From a virus, in UHGV virus genome UHGV-1627793: a DNA stretch of 10,382 nucleotides, one strand, 5' to 3'. Below, in pieces: positions 1 to 10,382 of this stretch. Position 1 is the first letter of the stretch. Every line of letters starts with the position of its first letter. The translations under genes were made by a program, and so were the position numbers. The notes beneath the pieces are model-generated. The model worked only from the letters and a program-made list of their open reading frames with translations. It did not search any database and was not told where the DNA came from.

Positions 1-333
1 TTTAGCAAGATTTTCCCTGTATTGCTGAAATGTGATTTCTCTTGATTTCAACCTATCATAGGACGTTTCTATAAGATGCGTATTTCTTGAGAATTTAACA
101 TTCACAACCTTTTTAAGTCCTTTTATTAACACAGTGTTATCGTTTTCTAACACAATGTGAATATTATCTGTGGCTAGATAGTAAATATAATGTGAGACAT
201 TGTGACGTTTTAGTTCAGAATAAAACAATTCACAGTTTAAATCTTTTCGCACTTGATCGAATATTTCTTTAAAAATGGCAACCTGAGCCATTGGTAAAAC
301 CTTCCATGTGATACGAGGGCGCGTAGTTTGCAT
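1..333 (-). CDS. Hypothetical accessory protein of the phage right arm, 5' part only (C-terminal end lies beyond the window's left edge); resembles lambda lambdap78 / E. coli DLP12 YbcV-like proteins as recalled
   Basis: Minus-strand frame is open from position 414 down to position 1 with no stop; ATG at 333..331 (alternative ATG at 292..290, TTG at 414..412). Translation begins [32 protein letters not shown]... Very AT-rich, unlike the head genes. Absent from the ORF track because it runs off the window edge. Start codon choice is uncertain. Confidence 0.5.
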   Translation of the reverse strand, partial: MQTTRPRITWKVLPMAQVAIFKEIFDQVRKDLNCELFYSELKRHNVSHYIYYLATDNIHIVLENDNTVLIKGLKKVVNVKFSRNTHLIETSYDRLKSREITFQQYRENLAK

Positions 334-576
334 TATCGTTTTTATCGTTTCAATCTGGTCTGACCTCTTTGTGTTTTGTTGATGATTTATGTCAAATATT
401 AGGAATGTTTTCAATTAATAGTATTGGTTGCGTAACAAAGTGCGGTCCTGCTGGCATTCTGGAGGGAAATACAACCGACAGATGTATGTAAGGCCAACGT
501 GCTCAAATCTTCATACAGAAAGATTTGAAGTAATATTTTAACCGCTAGATGAAGAGCAAGCGCATGGAGCGACAAA

Positions 577-783
577 ATGAATAAAGAACAATCTGCTGAT
601 GATCCCTCCGTGGATCTGATTCGTGTAAAAAATATGCTTAATAGCACCATTTCTATGAGTTACCCTGATGTTGTAATTGCATGTATAGAACATAAGGTGT
701 CTCTGGAAGCATTCAGGGCAATTGAGGCAGCGTTGGTGAAGCACGATAATAATATGAAGGATTATTCCCTGGTGGTTGACTGA
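577..783 (+). CDS. Small hypothetical protein (68 aa), lambda right-arm ORF lambdap79-like / DLP12 YbcW-like
   Basis: ORF-track ORF 577..783 ([41 protein letters not shown]...). Position (about 560 bp upstream of cos) and length match the 68-aa hypothetical ORF at the right end of lambda as I recall it. No recognisable catalytic or DNA-binding motif seen by eye. Confidence 0.55.
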
Positions 784-947
784 TCACCATAACTGCTAAT
801 CATTCAAACTACTTAACCTGTGACAGAGCCAACACGCAGTCTGTCACTGTCAGGAAAGTGGTAAAACTGCAACTCAATTACTGCAATGCCCTCGTAATTA
901 AGTGAATTTACAATATCGTCCTGTTCGGAGGGAAGAACGCGGGATGT

Positions 948-1142
948 TCATTCTTCATCACTTTTAATTGATGTATATGCTCTCTTTTCTGACGTTAGCC
1001 TCCGACGGCAGGCTTCAATGACCCAGGCTGAGAAATTTCCGGACCCTTTTTGATCAAGAGCGATGTTAATTTGTTCAATCATTTGGTTAGGAAAGCGGAT
1101 GTTGCGGGTTGTTGTTCTGCGGGTTCTGTTCTTCGTTGACAT
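948..1142 (-). CDS. Small putative ribbon-helix-helix (Arc/MetJ-like) DNA-binding protein, 64 aa; YlcI/DUF3950-like as recalled
   Basis: ORF-track ORF 948..1142 (-). Basic N-terminus (RTRRTTTR), then a predicted beta-strand (NIRFP), helix (NQMIEQINIALDQ), glycine turn (KGSGNF) and second helix (SAWVIEACRRRL), the pattern typical of RHH regulators. Convergent with the 577..783 ORF. Fold assignment is by eye only. Confidence 0.5.
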   Translation of the reverse strand: MSTKNRTRRTTTRNIRFPNQMIEQINIALDQKGSGNFSAWVIEACRRRLTSEKRAYTSIKSDEE

Positions 1143-1299
1143 GAGGTTGCCCCGTATTCAGTGTCGCTGATTTGTATTGTCTGAAGTTGTTTTTACGTTA
1201 AGTTGATGCAGATCAATTAATACGATACCTGCGTCATAATTAATTATTTGACGTGGTTTGATGGCGTAGATGCACGTTGTGACATGTAGATGATAATTA

Positions 1300-1360
1300 T
1301 TATCATTTTGCGGGTCCTTTCCGGCGATCCGACAGGTTACGGGGCGGCGACCTCGCGGGT
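1300..1360 (+). other. cos: cos site core: cosQ region and cosN with the 12-nt cohesive-end sequence GGGCGGCGACCT at 1342..1353
   Basis: Sequence ...CGGGTCCTTTCCGGCGATCCGACAGGTTACG|GGGCGGCGACCT|CGCGGGTTTTCGCTATTTATG is near-identical to the joined right-end/left-end junction of lambda as I recall it; the 12-nt overhang sequence is exact. The junction lies 189 bp upstream of the nu1 start, the same spacing as in lambda. Confidence 0.9.
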
Positions 1361-1393
1361 TTTCGCTATTTATGAAAATTTTCCGGTTTAAGG

Positions 1394-1507
1394 CGTTTCC
1401 GTTCTTCTTCGCCGTAACCTAATGTTTTTATTTAAAACACCCCCTGAAAAGAAAGGAAACGACAGGTGCTGAAAACGGGCTTTTTGGCCTCTGTCGTTTC
1501 CTTTCTC
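1394..1507 (+). promoter_or_regulatory. cosB: cosB: terminase small-subunit binding elements R3 (about 1394..1408), R2 (1450..1464, inverted) and R1 (1492..1506), with the AT-rich IHF-site (I1) region between R3 and R2
   Basis: R1 TGTCGTTTCCTTTCT (1492..1506) and R2 AGAAAGGAAACGACA (1450..1464) are exact 15-bp reverse complements; an R3-like CGTTTCCGTTCTTCT lies at 1394..1408. Arrangement between cosN and nu1 matches lambda cosB. Exact element boundaries are approximate. Confidence 0.8.
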
Positions 1508-1530
1508 TGTTTTTGTCCGTGGAATGAACA

Positions 1531-2050
1531 ATGGAAGTCAACAAAAAGCAGCTGGCTGACATTTTCGGCGCGAGTATCCGTACCATTCAGAACTGGCAGG
1601 AGCAGGGAATGCCCGTTCTGCGGGGTGGTGGCAAGGGTAATGAGGTACTTTATGACTCTGCCGCCGCCATAAAATGGTATGCCGAAAGGGATGCTGAAAT
1701 TGAGAACGAAAAGCTGCGCCGGGAAGTTGAAGAACTGAGGCAGGACAGCGAGACAGATCTCCAGCCAGGGACTATTGAGTACGAACGCCATCGACTTACG
1801 CGTGCGCAGGCCGACGCACAGGAACTGAAGAATGCCAGAGACTCAGCTGAAGTGGTGGAAACCGCATTCTGTACTTTCGTGCTGTCACGGATCGCAGGTG
1901 AAATTGCCAGTATTCTTGACGGGATCCCTCTCTCAGTACAGCGGCGTTTTCCGGAACTGGAAAACCGACATGTTGATTTCCTGAAACGGGATATCATCAA
2001 AGCCATGAACAAAGCAGCCGCGCTGGATGAACTGATACCGGGGTTGCTGA

Positions 2051-2076
<26 letters not shown>
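1531..2076 (+). CDS. nu1: Terminase small subunit gpNu1 (181 aa)
   Basis: ORF 1531..2076; the protein MEVNKKQLADIFGASIRTIQNWQEQGMPVLRGGGKGNEVLYDSAAAIKWYAERDAEIENEKLRREVEEL... is near-identical to lambda gpNu1 as recalled, including the N-terminal winged-HTH region. Sits immediately downstream of cosB. Confidence 0.95.
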
Positions 2077-5757
<3,681 letters not shown>

Positions 5758-5777
<20 letters not shown>

Positions 5778-7077
5778 TCTCCCGCATATTGCCAGCATGG
5801 CTTTTAATGAGCCGCTGATGCTTGAACCCGCCTATGCGCGGGTTTTCTTTTGTGCGCTTGCAGGCCAGCTTGGGATCAGCCGCCTGACGGATGCAGTATC
5901 CGGCGACAGCCTGACTGCCGGAGAGGCACCCGCGGCGCTGGCGTTATCCGGTGATGATGACGGACCACGACAGGCCCGGAGTTATCAGGTCATGAACGGC
6001 ATCGCCGTGCTGCCGGTGTCCGGTACGCTGGTCAGCCGGACGCGGGCGCTGCAGCCGTATTCGGGAATGACCGGTTACAACGGCATTATCGCCCGTCTGC
6101 AACAGGCTGCCAGCGATCCGATGGTGGACGGCATTCTGCTCGATATGGACACACCGGGCGGGATGGTGGCGGGAGCATTTGACTGTGCTGACATCATCGC
6201 CCGTGTGCGAGACATAAAACCGGTATGGGCGCTGGCCAACGACATGAACTGCAGTGCAGGTCAGCTGCTTGCCAGCGCCGCCTCCCGGCGTCTGGTCACG
6301 CAGACCGCCCGGACAGGCTCCATCGGCGTCATGATGGCTCACAGTAATTACGGTGCTGCCCTGGAGAAACAGGGCGTGGAAATCACGCTGATTTACAGCG
6401 GCAGCCATAAGGTGGATGGCAACCCCTACAGCCATCTACCGGGTGATGTCCGGGAAACACTGCAGTCCCGGATGGATGCAACCCGCCGGATGTTTGCGCA
6501 GAAGGTGTCGGCATATACCGGCCTGTCCGTGCAGGCTGTGCTGGATACCGAGGCTGCAGTGTACAGCGGTCAGGAGGCCATTGATGCCGGACTGGCTGAT
6601 GAACTTGTCAACAGCACCGATGCGATCACCGTTATGCGTGATGCACTGGATGCACGTAAATCCCGTCTCTCAGGAGGGCGAATGACCAAAGAGACTCAAT
6701 CAACAACTGTTTCAGCCACTGCTTCGCAGGCTGACGTTACTGGCGTGGTGCCAGCGACGGAGGGCGAAAACGCCAGCGCGGCGCAGCCGGACGTGAACGC
6801 GCAGATCACCGCTGCGGTTGCGGCAGAAAACAGCCGCATTATGGGGATCCTCAACTGTGAGGAGGCTCACGGACGCGAAGAACAGGCCCGCGTGCTGGCA
6901 GAAACCCCCGGTATGACCGTGGAAACGGCCCGCCGCATTCTGGCCGCAGCACCACAGAGTGCACAGGCGCGCAGTGATACTGCGCTGGATCGTCTGATGC
7001 AGGGGGCACCGGCACCGCTGGCTGCAGGTAACCCGGCATCTGATGCCGTTAACGATTTGCTGAACACACCAGTGTAA
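5758..7077 (+). CDS. C: Prohead protease gpC (439 aa; S49/SppA-ClpP-like serine peptidase family)
   Basis: GTG at 5758..5760 preceded by GAGGAGGAGAAGA (Shine-Dalgarno), then MTAELRNLPHIASMAFNEPLMLEPAYARVFF..., matching lambda gpC. In frame with the longer ORF-track ORF 5623..7077, whose upstream 45 codons overlap the B 3' end and are taken to be non-coding extension. Overlaps B by 20 nt. Confidence 0.9.
6472..7077 (+). CDS. nu3: Scaffolding protein gpNu3 (201 aa), translated from an internal in-frame start within C
   Basis: ATG at 6472 is in the C reading frame and gives a 201-aa product sharing the C stop, as for lambda Nu3 (position by collinearity with lambda). The Ala/Gln-rich acidic C-terminal region is typical of scaffold proteins. 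Internal initiation cannot be proven from sequence alone. Confidence 0.7.
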   Translation: MDATRRMFAQKVSAYTGLSVQAVLDTEAAVYSGQEAIDAGLADELVNSTDAITVMRDALDARKSRLSGGRMTKETQSTTVSATASQADVTGVVPATEGENASAAQPDVNAQITAAVAAENSRIMGILNCEEAHGREEQARVLAETPGMTVETARRILAAAPQSAQARSDTALDRLMQGAPAPLAAGNPASDAVNDLLNTPV

Positions 7078-7086
7078 GGGATGTTT

Positions 7087-7419
7087 ATGACGAGCAAAGA
7101 AACCTTTACCCATTACCAGCCGCTGGGCAACAGTGACCCGGCTCATACCGCAACCGCGCCCGGCGGATTGAGTGCGAAAGCGCCTGCAATGACCCCGCTG
7201 ATGCTGGACACCTCCAGCCGTAAGCTGGTTGCGTGGGATGGCACCACCGACGGTGCTGCCGTTGGCATTCTTGCGGTTGCTGCTGACCAGACCAGCACCA
7301 CGCTGACGTTCTACAAGTCCGGCACGTTCCGTTATGAGGATGTGCTCTGGCCGGAGGCTGCCAGCGACGAGACGAAAAAACGGACCGCGTTTGCCGGAAC
7401 GGCAATCAGCATCGTTTAA
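7087..7419 (+). CDS. D: Head decoration protein gpD (110 aa)
   Basis: [68 protein letters not shown]... matches lambda gpD. Start taken at ATG 7087 (SD AAGGGA upstream) rather than the ORF-track ATG at 7081, because 7087..7419 gives the 110-aa lambda length. Confidence 0.92.
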   Translation: MTSKETFTHYQPLGNSDPAHTATAPGGLSAKAPAMTPLMLDTSSRKLVAWDGTTDGAAVGILAVAADQTSTTLTFYKSGTFRYEDVLWPEAASDETKKRTAFAGTAISIV

Positions 7420-7436
7420 CCTGACCCTTCATCACT

Positions 7437-7461
7437 AAAGGCCGCCTGTGCGGCTTTTTTT
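7437..7461 (+). terminator. Intrinsic-terminator-like hairpin between D and E (GC stem GGCCGC/GCGGC, loop CTGT, followed by a T7 run)
   Basis: AAAGGCCGCCTGTGCGGCTTTTTTT: perfect 5-bp GC stem GCCGC/GCGGC, extendable by a G-U pair and the flanking A/U run, followed directly by a T-tract. Read by eye; free energy not computed. Confidence 0.55.
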
Positions 7462-7474
7462 ACGGGATTTTTTT

Positions 7475-8500
7475 ATGTCGATGTACACAACCGCCCAACT
7501 GCTGGCGGCAAATGAGCAGAAATTTAAGTTTGATCCGCTGTTTCTGCGTCTCTTTTTCCGTGAGAGCTATCCCTTCACCACGGAGAAAGTCTATCTCTCA
7601 CAAATTCCGGGACTGGTAAACATGGCGCTGTACGTTTCGCCGATTGTTTCTGGTGAGGTTATCCGTTCCCGTGGCGGCTCCACCTCTGAATTTACGCCGG
7701 GATATGTCAAGCCGAAGCATGAAGTGAATCCGCAGATGACCCTGCGTCGCCTGCCGGATGAAGATCCGCAGAATCTGGCGGACCCGGCTTACCGCCGCCG
7801 TCGCATCATCATGCAGAACATGCGTGACGAAGAGCTGGCCATTGCTCAGGTCGAAGAGATGCAGGCAGTTTCTGCCGTGCTCAAGGGCAAATACACCATG
7901 ACCGGTGAAGCCTTCGATCCGGTTGAGGTGGATATGGGCCGCAGTGCGGCGAACAACATCACGCAGTCCGGCGGCACGGAGTGGAGCAAGCGTGACAAGT
8001 CCACGTATGACCCGACCGACGATATCGAAGCCTACGCGCTGAACGCCAGCGGCGTGGTGAATATCATCGTGTTTGACCCGAAAGGCTGGGCGCTGTTCCG
8101 TTCCTTCAAAGCCGTCAGGGAGAAGCTGGATACCCGTCGCGGCTCTCATTCCGAACTGGAGACAGCGGTAAAAGACCTGGGCAAAGCGGTGTCTTATAAG
8201 GGAATGTATGGCGATGTGGCCATCGTCGTGTATTCCGGACAGTACGTGGAAAACGGCGTCAAAAAGAACTTCCTGCCGGACAACACGATGGTGCTGGGGA
8301 ACACTCAGGCACGCGGTCTGCGCACCTATGGCTGCATTCAGGATGCGGACGCACAGCGCGAAGGCATTAACGCCTCTGCCCGTTACCCGAAAAACTGGGT
8401 GACCACCGGCGATCCGGCGCGTGAGTTCACCATGATTCAGTCAGCACCGCTGATGCTGCTGGCTGACCCTGATGAGTTCGTGTCCGTACAACTGGCGTAA
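7475..8500 (+). CDS. E: Major capsid protein gpE (341 aa)
   Basis: MSMYTTAQLLAANEQKFKFDPLFLRLFFRESYPFTTEKVYLSQIPGLVNMALYVSPIVSGEVIRSRGG... matches lambda gpE. Start at ATG 7475 (lambda length) rather than the ORF-track ATG at 7448. Confidence 0.93.
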   Translation: MSMYTTAQLLAANEQKFKFDPLFLRLFFRESYPFTTEKVYLSQIPGLVNMALYVSPIVSGEVIRSRGGSTSEFTPGYVKPKHEVNPQMTLRRLPDEDPQNLADPAYRRRRIIMQNMRDEELAIAQVEEMQAVSAVLKGKYTMTGEAFDPVEVDMGRSAANNITQSGGTEWSKRDKSTYDPTDDIEAYALNASGVVNIIVFDPKGWALFRSFKAVREKLDTRRGSHSELETAVKDLGKAVSYKGMYGDVAIVVYSGQYVENGVKKNFLPDNTMVLGNTQARGLRTYGCIQDADAQREGINASARYPKNWVTTGDPAREFTMIQSAPLMLLADPDEFVSVQLA

Positions 8501-8502
8501 TC

Positions 8503-8528
8503 ATGGCCCTTCGGGGCCATTGTTTTTC
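8503..8528 (+). terminator. Intrinsic-terminator-like hairpin immediately after E (7-bp stem ATGGCCC/GGGCCAT, TTCG tetraloop, then TGTTTTTCTG)
   Basis: ATGGCCCTTCGGGGCCATTGTTTTTCTG begins 3 nt after the E stop codon: perfect 7-bp stem with a UUCG-type tetraloop and a U-rich tail. Read by eye. Confidence 0.55.
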
Positions 8529-8541
8529 TGTGGAGGAGTCC

Positions 8542-8940
8542 ATGACGAAAGATGAACTGATTGCCCGTCTCCGCTCGCTGGGTGAACAACTGAACCGTGA
8601 TGTCAGCCTGACGGGGACGAAAGAAGAACTGGCGCTCCGTGTGGCAGAGCTGGAAGAGGAGCTTGATGACACGGATGAAACTGCCGGTCAGGACACCCCT
8701 CTCAGCCGGGAAAATGTGCTGACCGGACATGAAAATGAGGTGGGATCAGCGCAGCCGGATACCGTGATTCTGGATACGTCTGAACTGGTCACGGTCGTGG
8801 CACTGGTGAAGCTGCATACTGATGCACTTCACGTCACGCGGGATGAACCTGTGGCATTTGTGCTGCCGGGAACGGCGTTTCGTGTCTCTGCCGGTGTGGC
8901 AGCCGAAATGACAGAGCGCGGCCTGGCCAGAATGCAATAA
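8542..8940 (+). CDS. FI: DNA-packaging / prohead-terminase docking protein gpFI (132 aa)
   Basis: ATG 8542 preceded by GGAGG at 8532..8536; MTKDELIARLRSLGEQLNRDVSLTGTKEELALRVAELEEELDDTDETAGQD... matches lambda gpFI. The ORF-track ORF 8503..8940 begins upstream within the terminator hairpin; the lambda-length start is preferred. Confidence 0.9.
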   Translation: MTKDELIARLRSLGEQLNRDVSLTGTKEELALRVAELEEELDDTDETAGQDTPLSRENVLTGHENEVGSAQPDTVILDTSELVTVVALVKLHTDALHVTRDEPVAFVLPGTAFRVSAGVAAEMTERGLARMQ

Positions 8941-8951
8941 CGGGAGGCGCT

Positions 8952-9305
8952 GTGGCTGATTTCGATAACCTGTTCGATGCTGCCATTGCCCGCGCCGATG
9001 AAACGATACGCGGGTACATGGGAACGTCAGCCACCATGACATCCGGTGAGCGGTCCGGCGCAGTAATACGTGGTGTTTTTGATGACCCTGAAAATATCAG
9101 CTATGCCGGACAGGGCGTGCGCGTTGAAGGCTCCAGCCCGTCCCTGTTTGTCCGGACTGATGATGTGCGGCAACTGCGGCGTGGAGACACGCTGACCATC
9201 GGTGAGGAAAACTTCTGGATAGACCGGATTTCGACGGATGATGGCGGAAGCTGTCATCTCTGGCTTGGGCGGGGCGTACCGCCTGCCGTTAACCGTCGTC
9301 GCTGA
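8952..9305 (+). CDS. FII: Head-tail joining (head completion) protein gpFII (117 aa)
   Basis: ORF 8952..9305 with GTG start preceded by GGGAGG; MADFDNLFDAAIARADETIRGYMGTSATMTSGE... matches lambda gpFII. Confidence 0.9.
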   Translation: MADFDNLFDAAIARADETIRGYMGTSATMTSGERSGAVIRGVFDDPENISYAGQGVRVEGSSPSLFVRTDDVRQLRRGDTLTIGEENFWIDRISTDDGGSCHLWLGRGVPPAVNRRR

Positions 9306-9316
9306 AGGGGGGATGT

Positions 9317-9850
9317 ATGGCCATAAAAGGTCTTGAGCAGGCCGTTGAAAACCTCAGTCGTATCAGCAAAACGGCGGTGCCTGGTGCGTCAGCAATGGCC
9401 ATTAACCGCGTTGCTTCATCCGCGATATCGCAGTCGGCGTCACAGGTTGCCCGTGAGACAAAGGTACGCCGGAAACTGGTAAAGGAACGGTCCAGACTGA
9501 AACGGGCCACGGTCAGAAATCCGAATGCCAGAATTATCGTTAAACGCGGTGATCTCCCTGTGATTAAGCTGGGGATCAGGATGCTGGGCCGTCGTCCGGA
9601 CAGCATACTTAAAGCTGGTCAGCATCGGTATCAGCGGGCATTTATCCAGCGATTAAAAAATGGTCGCTGGCATGTCATGCAGCGTGTGGCCGGGAAAAAC
9701 CGTTACCCCATTGATGTGGTGAAAATCCCGATGGCGGCCCCACTGAAACAGGCGTTTGATGAGAATATTGACCGTATCCGGCGTGAACGTCTGCCCGGAG
9801 AACTGGCATACGCGCTGAAACAACAACTTAGGATTGCGATAAAACGATGA
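9317..9850 (+). CDS. Z: Tail completion protein gpZ (177 aa; shorter than the 192 aa I recall for lambda Z)
   Basis: ORF 9317..9850; the N-terminus MAIKGLEQAVENLSRISKTAVPGASAMAINRVASSAISQSASQVARETKVRRKLVKER and the C-terminus match lambda gpZ, but the central segment (about residues 85-110, ...GIRMLGRRPDSILKAGQHRYQRAFIQR...) is different and shorter. ATGA overlap with U. Confidence 0.85.
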   Translation: MAIKGLEQAVENLSRISKTAVPGASAMAINRVASSAISQSASQVARETKVRRKLVKERSRLKRATVRNPNARIIVKRGDLPVIKLGIRMLGRRPDSILKAGQHRYQRAFIQRLKNGRWHVMQRVAGKNRYPIDVVKIPMAAPLKQAFDENIDRIRRERLPGELAYALKQQLRIAIKR

Positions 9851-10242
9851 AACATACTGATATCCGTGCGGCAGTGCTGGATGCACTGGAGCTGCATGAA
9901 CACGGGGCGACGCTGTTTGATGGTCGCCCCGTTGTTTTTGACGAAGAGGATTTTCCGGCCGTCGCGGTTTATCTGACGGATGCAGAGTATACCGGTGAAG
10001 AGCTGGATGCAGATACCTGGCGGGCCACACTGCATATTGAGGTGTTTTTACCGGCACAGGTACCGGATTCGGAGCTTGATCAGTGGATGGAAAGCCGGAT
10101 TTATCCGGCGGTGACTGCGATCCCGGCACTGGCAGACCTGATTACGACGATGGTTACGCAGGGCTATGAGTATCGTCGTGATGACGATATGGCGTTATGG
10201 AGTTCTGCGGATCTGACTTATTCCATTACATACGAGATGTGA
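9847..10242 (+). CDS. U: Tail terminator protein gpU (131 aa)
   Basis: ORF 9847..10242; [54 protein letters not shown]... is clearly homologous to lambda gpU and the same length, with scattered substitutions. Confidence 0.9.
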   Translation: MKHTDIRAAVLDALELHEHGATLFDGRPVVFDEEDFPAVAVYLTDAEYTGEELDADTWRATLHIEVFLPAQVPDSELDQWMESRIYPAVTAIPALADLITTMVTQGYEYRRDDDMALWSSADLTYSITYEM

Positions 10243-10249
10243 GGACGAT

Positions 10250-10382
10250 ATGGCAACACCAAATCCCCTTGAGCCGGTAAAAGGTGCCGGTACCACTCTG
10301 TGGGTTTACAACGGCAAGGGTGATGCTTATGCAAACCCGTTGTCAGACGATGACTGGCAGCGACTGGCTAAGGTGAAGGATC
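10250..10382 (+). CDS. V: Major tail tube protein gpV, N-terminal 44 codons only (continues beyond the window)
   Basis: ATG 10250 preceded by GAGGA; [44 protein letters not shown] resembles the lambda gpV N-terminus ([20 protein letters not shown]... as recalled). The frame is open to the end of the window. Confidence 0.8.
   Translation, partial: MATPNPLEPVKGAGTTLWVYNGKGDAYANPLSDDDWQRLAKVKD

Noticed and set aside
411-744. Minus-strand ORFs 411..650 and 538..744
   Set aside because: They are antisense to and overlap the 577..783 ORF, have hydrophobic low-complexity translations and no RBS; the 411..650 ORF also partly overlaps the plausible alternative start region of the 1..333 gene. Treated as spurious.
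1143-1300. Possible sigma70 promoter for the 64-aa minus-strand ORF in the AT-rich segment (TTGACG-like and TTGATC-like hexamers)
   Set aside because: Several weak -35/-10-like hexamers occur, as expected by chance in AT-rich DNA; I could not identify a convincing pair with correct 16-18 bp spacing by eye, so no promoter is called.
1466-1672. 68-aa + strand ORF spanning cosB and the nu1 5' end
   Set aside because: It overlaps the R1 element and nu1 in a different frame, has no homology signal and a proline/cysteine-rich junk-like composition; it is a chance ORF.
7081-7086. Alternative D start at ATG 7081 (ORF track, 112 aa)
   Set aside because: ATG 7087 gives the 110-aa lambda gpD and has better Shine-Dalgarno spacing; the two extra codons are probably not translated, though this cannot be excluded from sequence alone.
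7448-7474. Alternative E start at ATG 7448 (ORF track, 350 aa)
   Set aside because: It begins inside the terminator hairpin and T-tract of the D-E gap; ATG 7475 gives the 341-aa lambda gpE.
8503-8541. Alternative FI start at ATG 8503 (ORF track, 145 aa)
   Set aside because: That ATG is part of the post-E hairpin stem; ATG 8542 with GGAGG upstream gives the 132-aa lambda gpFI.

Overview
This window is the packaging and head-morphogenesis module of a lambda-type (lambdoid) enterobacterial phage, read across a joined cos site, so it comes from a prophage or a circular/concatemeric form rather than a linear virion end. Positions 1-1340 are the AT-rich extreme right arm with three small, poorly characterised accessory ORFs. 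From about 1342 the left arm runs in canonical lambda order and spacing: cosN/cosB, nu1, A, W, B, C with nested nu3, D, E, FI, FII, Z, U and the start of V, all on the + strand and mostly translationally coupled. Assignments rest on recognising the translated proteins and the cos sequence as near-identical to lambda as I recall it; no search was run. It is a close relative rather than lambda itself: Z is 15 codons shorter, and the terminase A N-terminus and parts of U and V differ. I see no CRISPR array, tRNA/rRNA, transposase or insertion relative to the lambda layout, and no convincing evidence of a novel system. The least understood part is the low-GC accessory cluster just upstream of cos.
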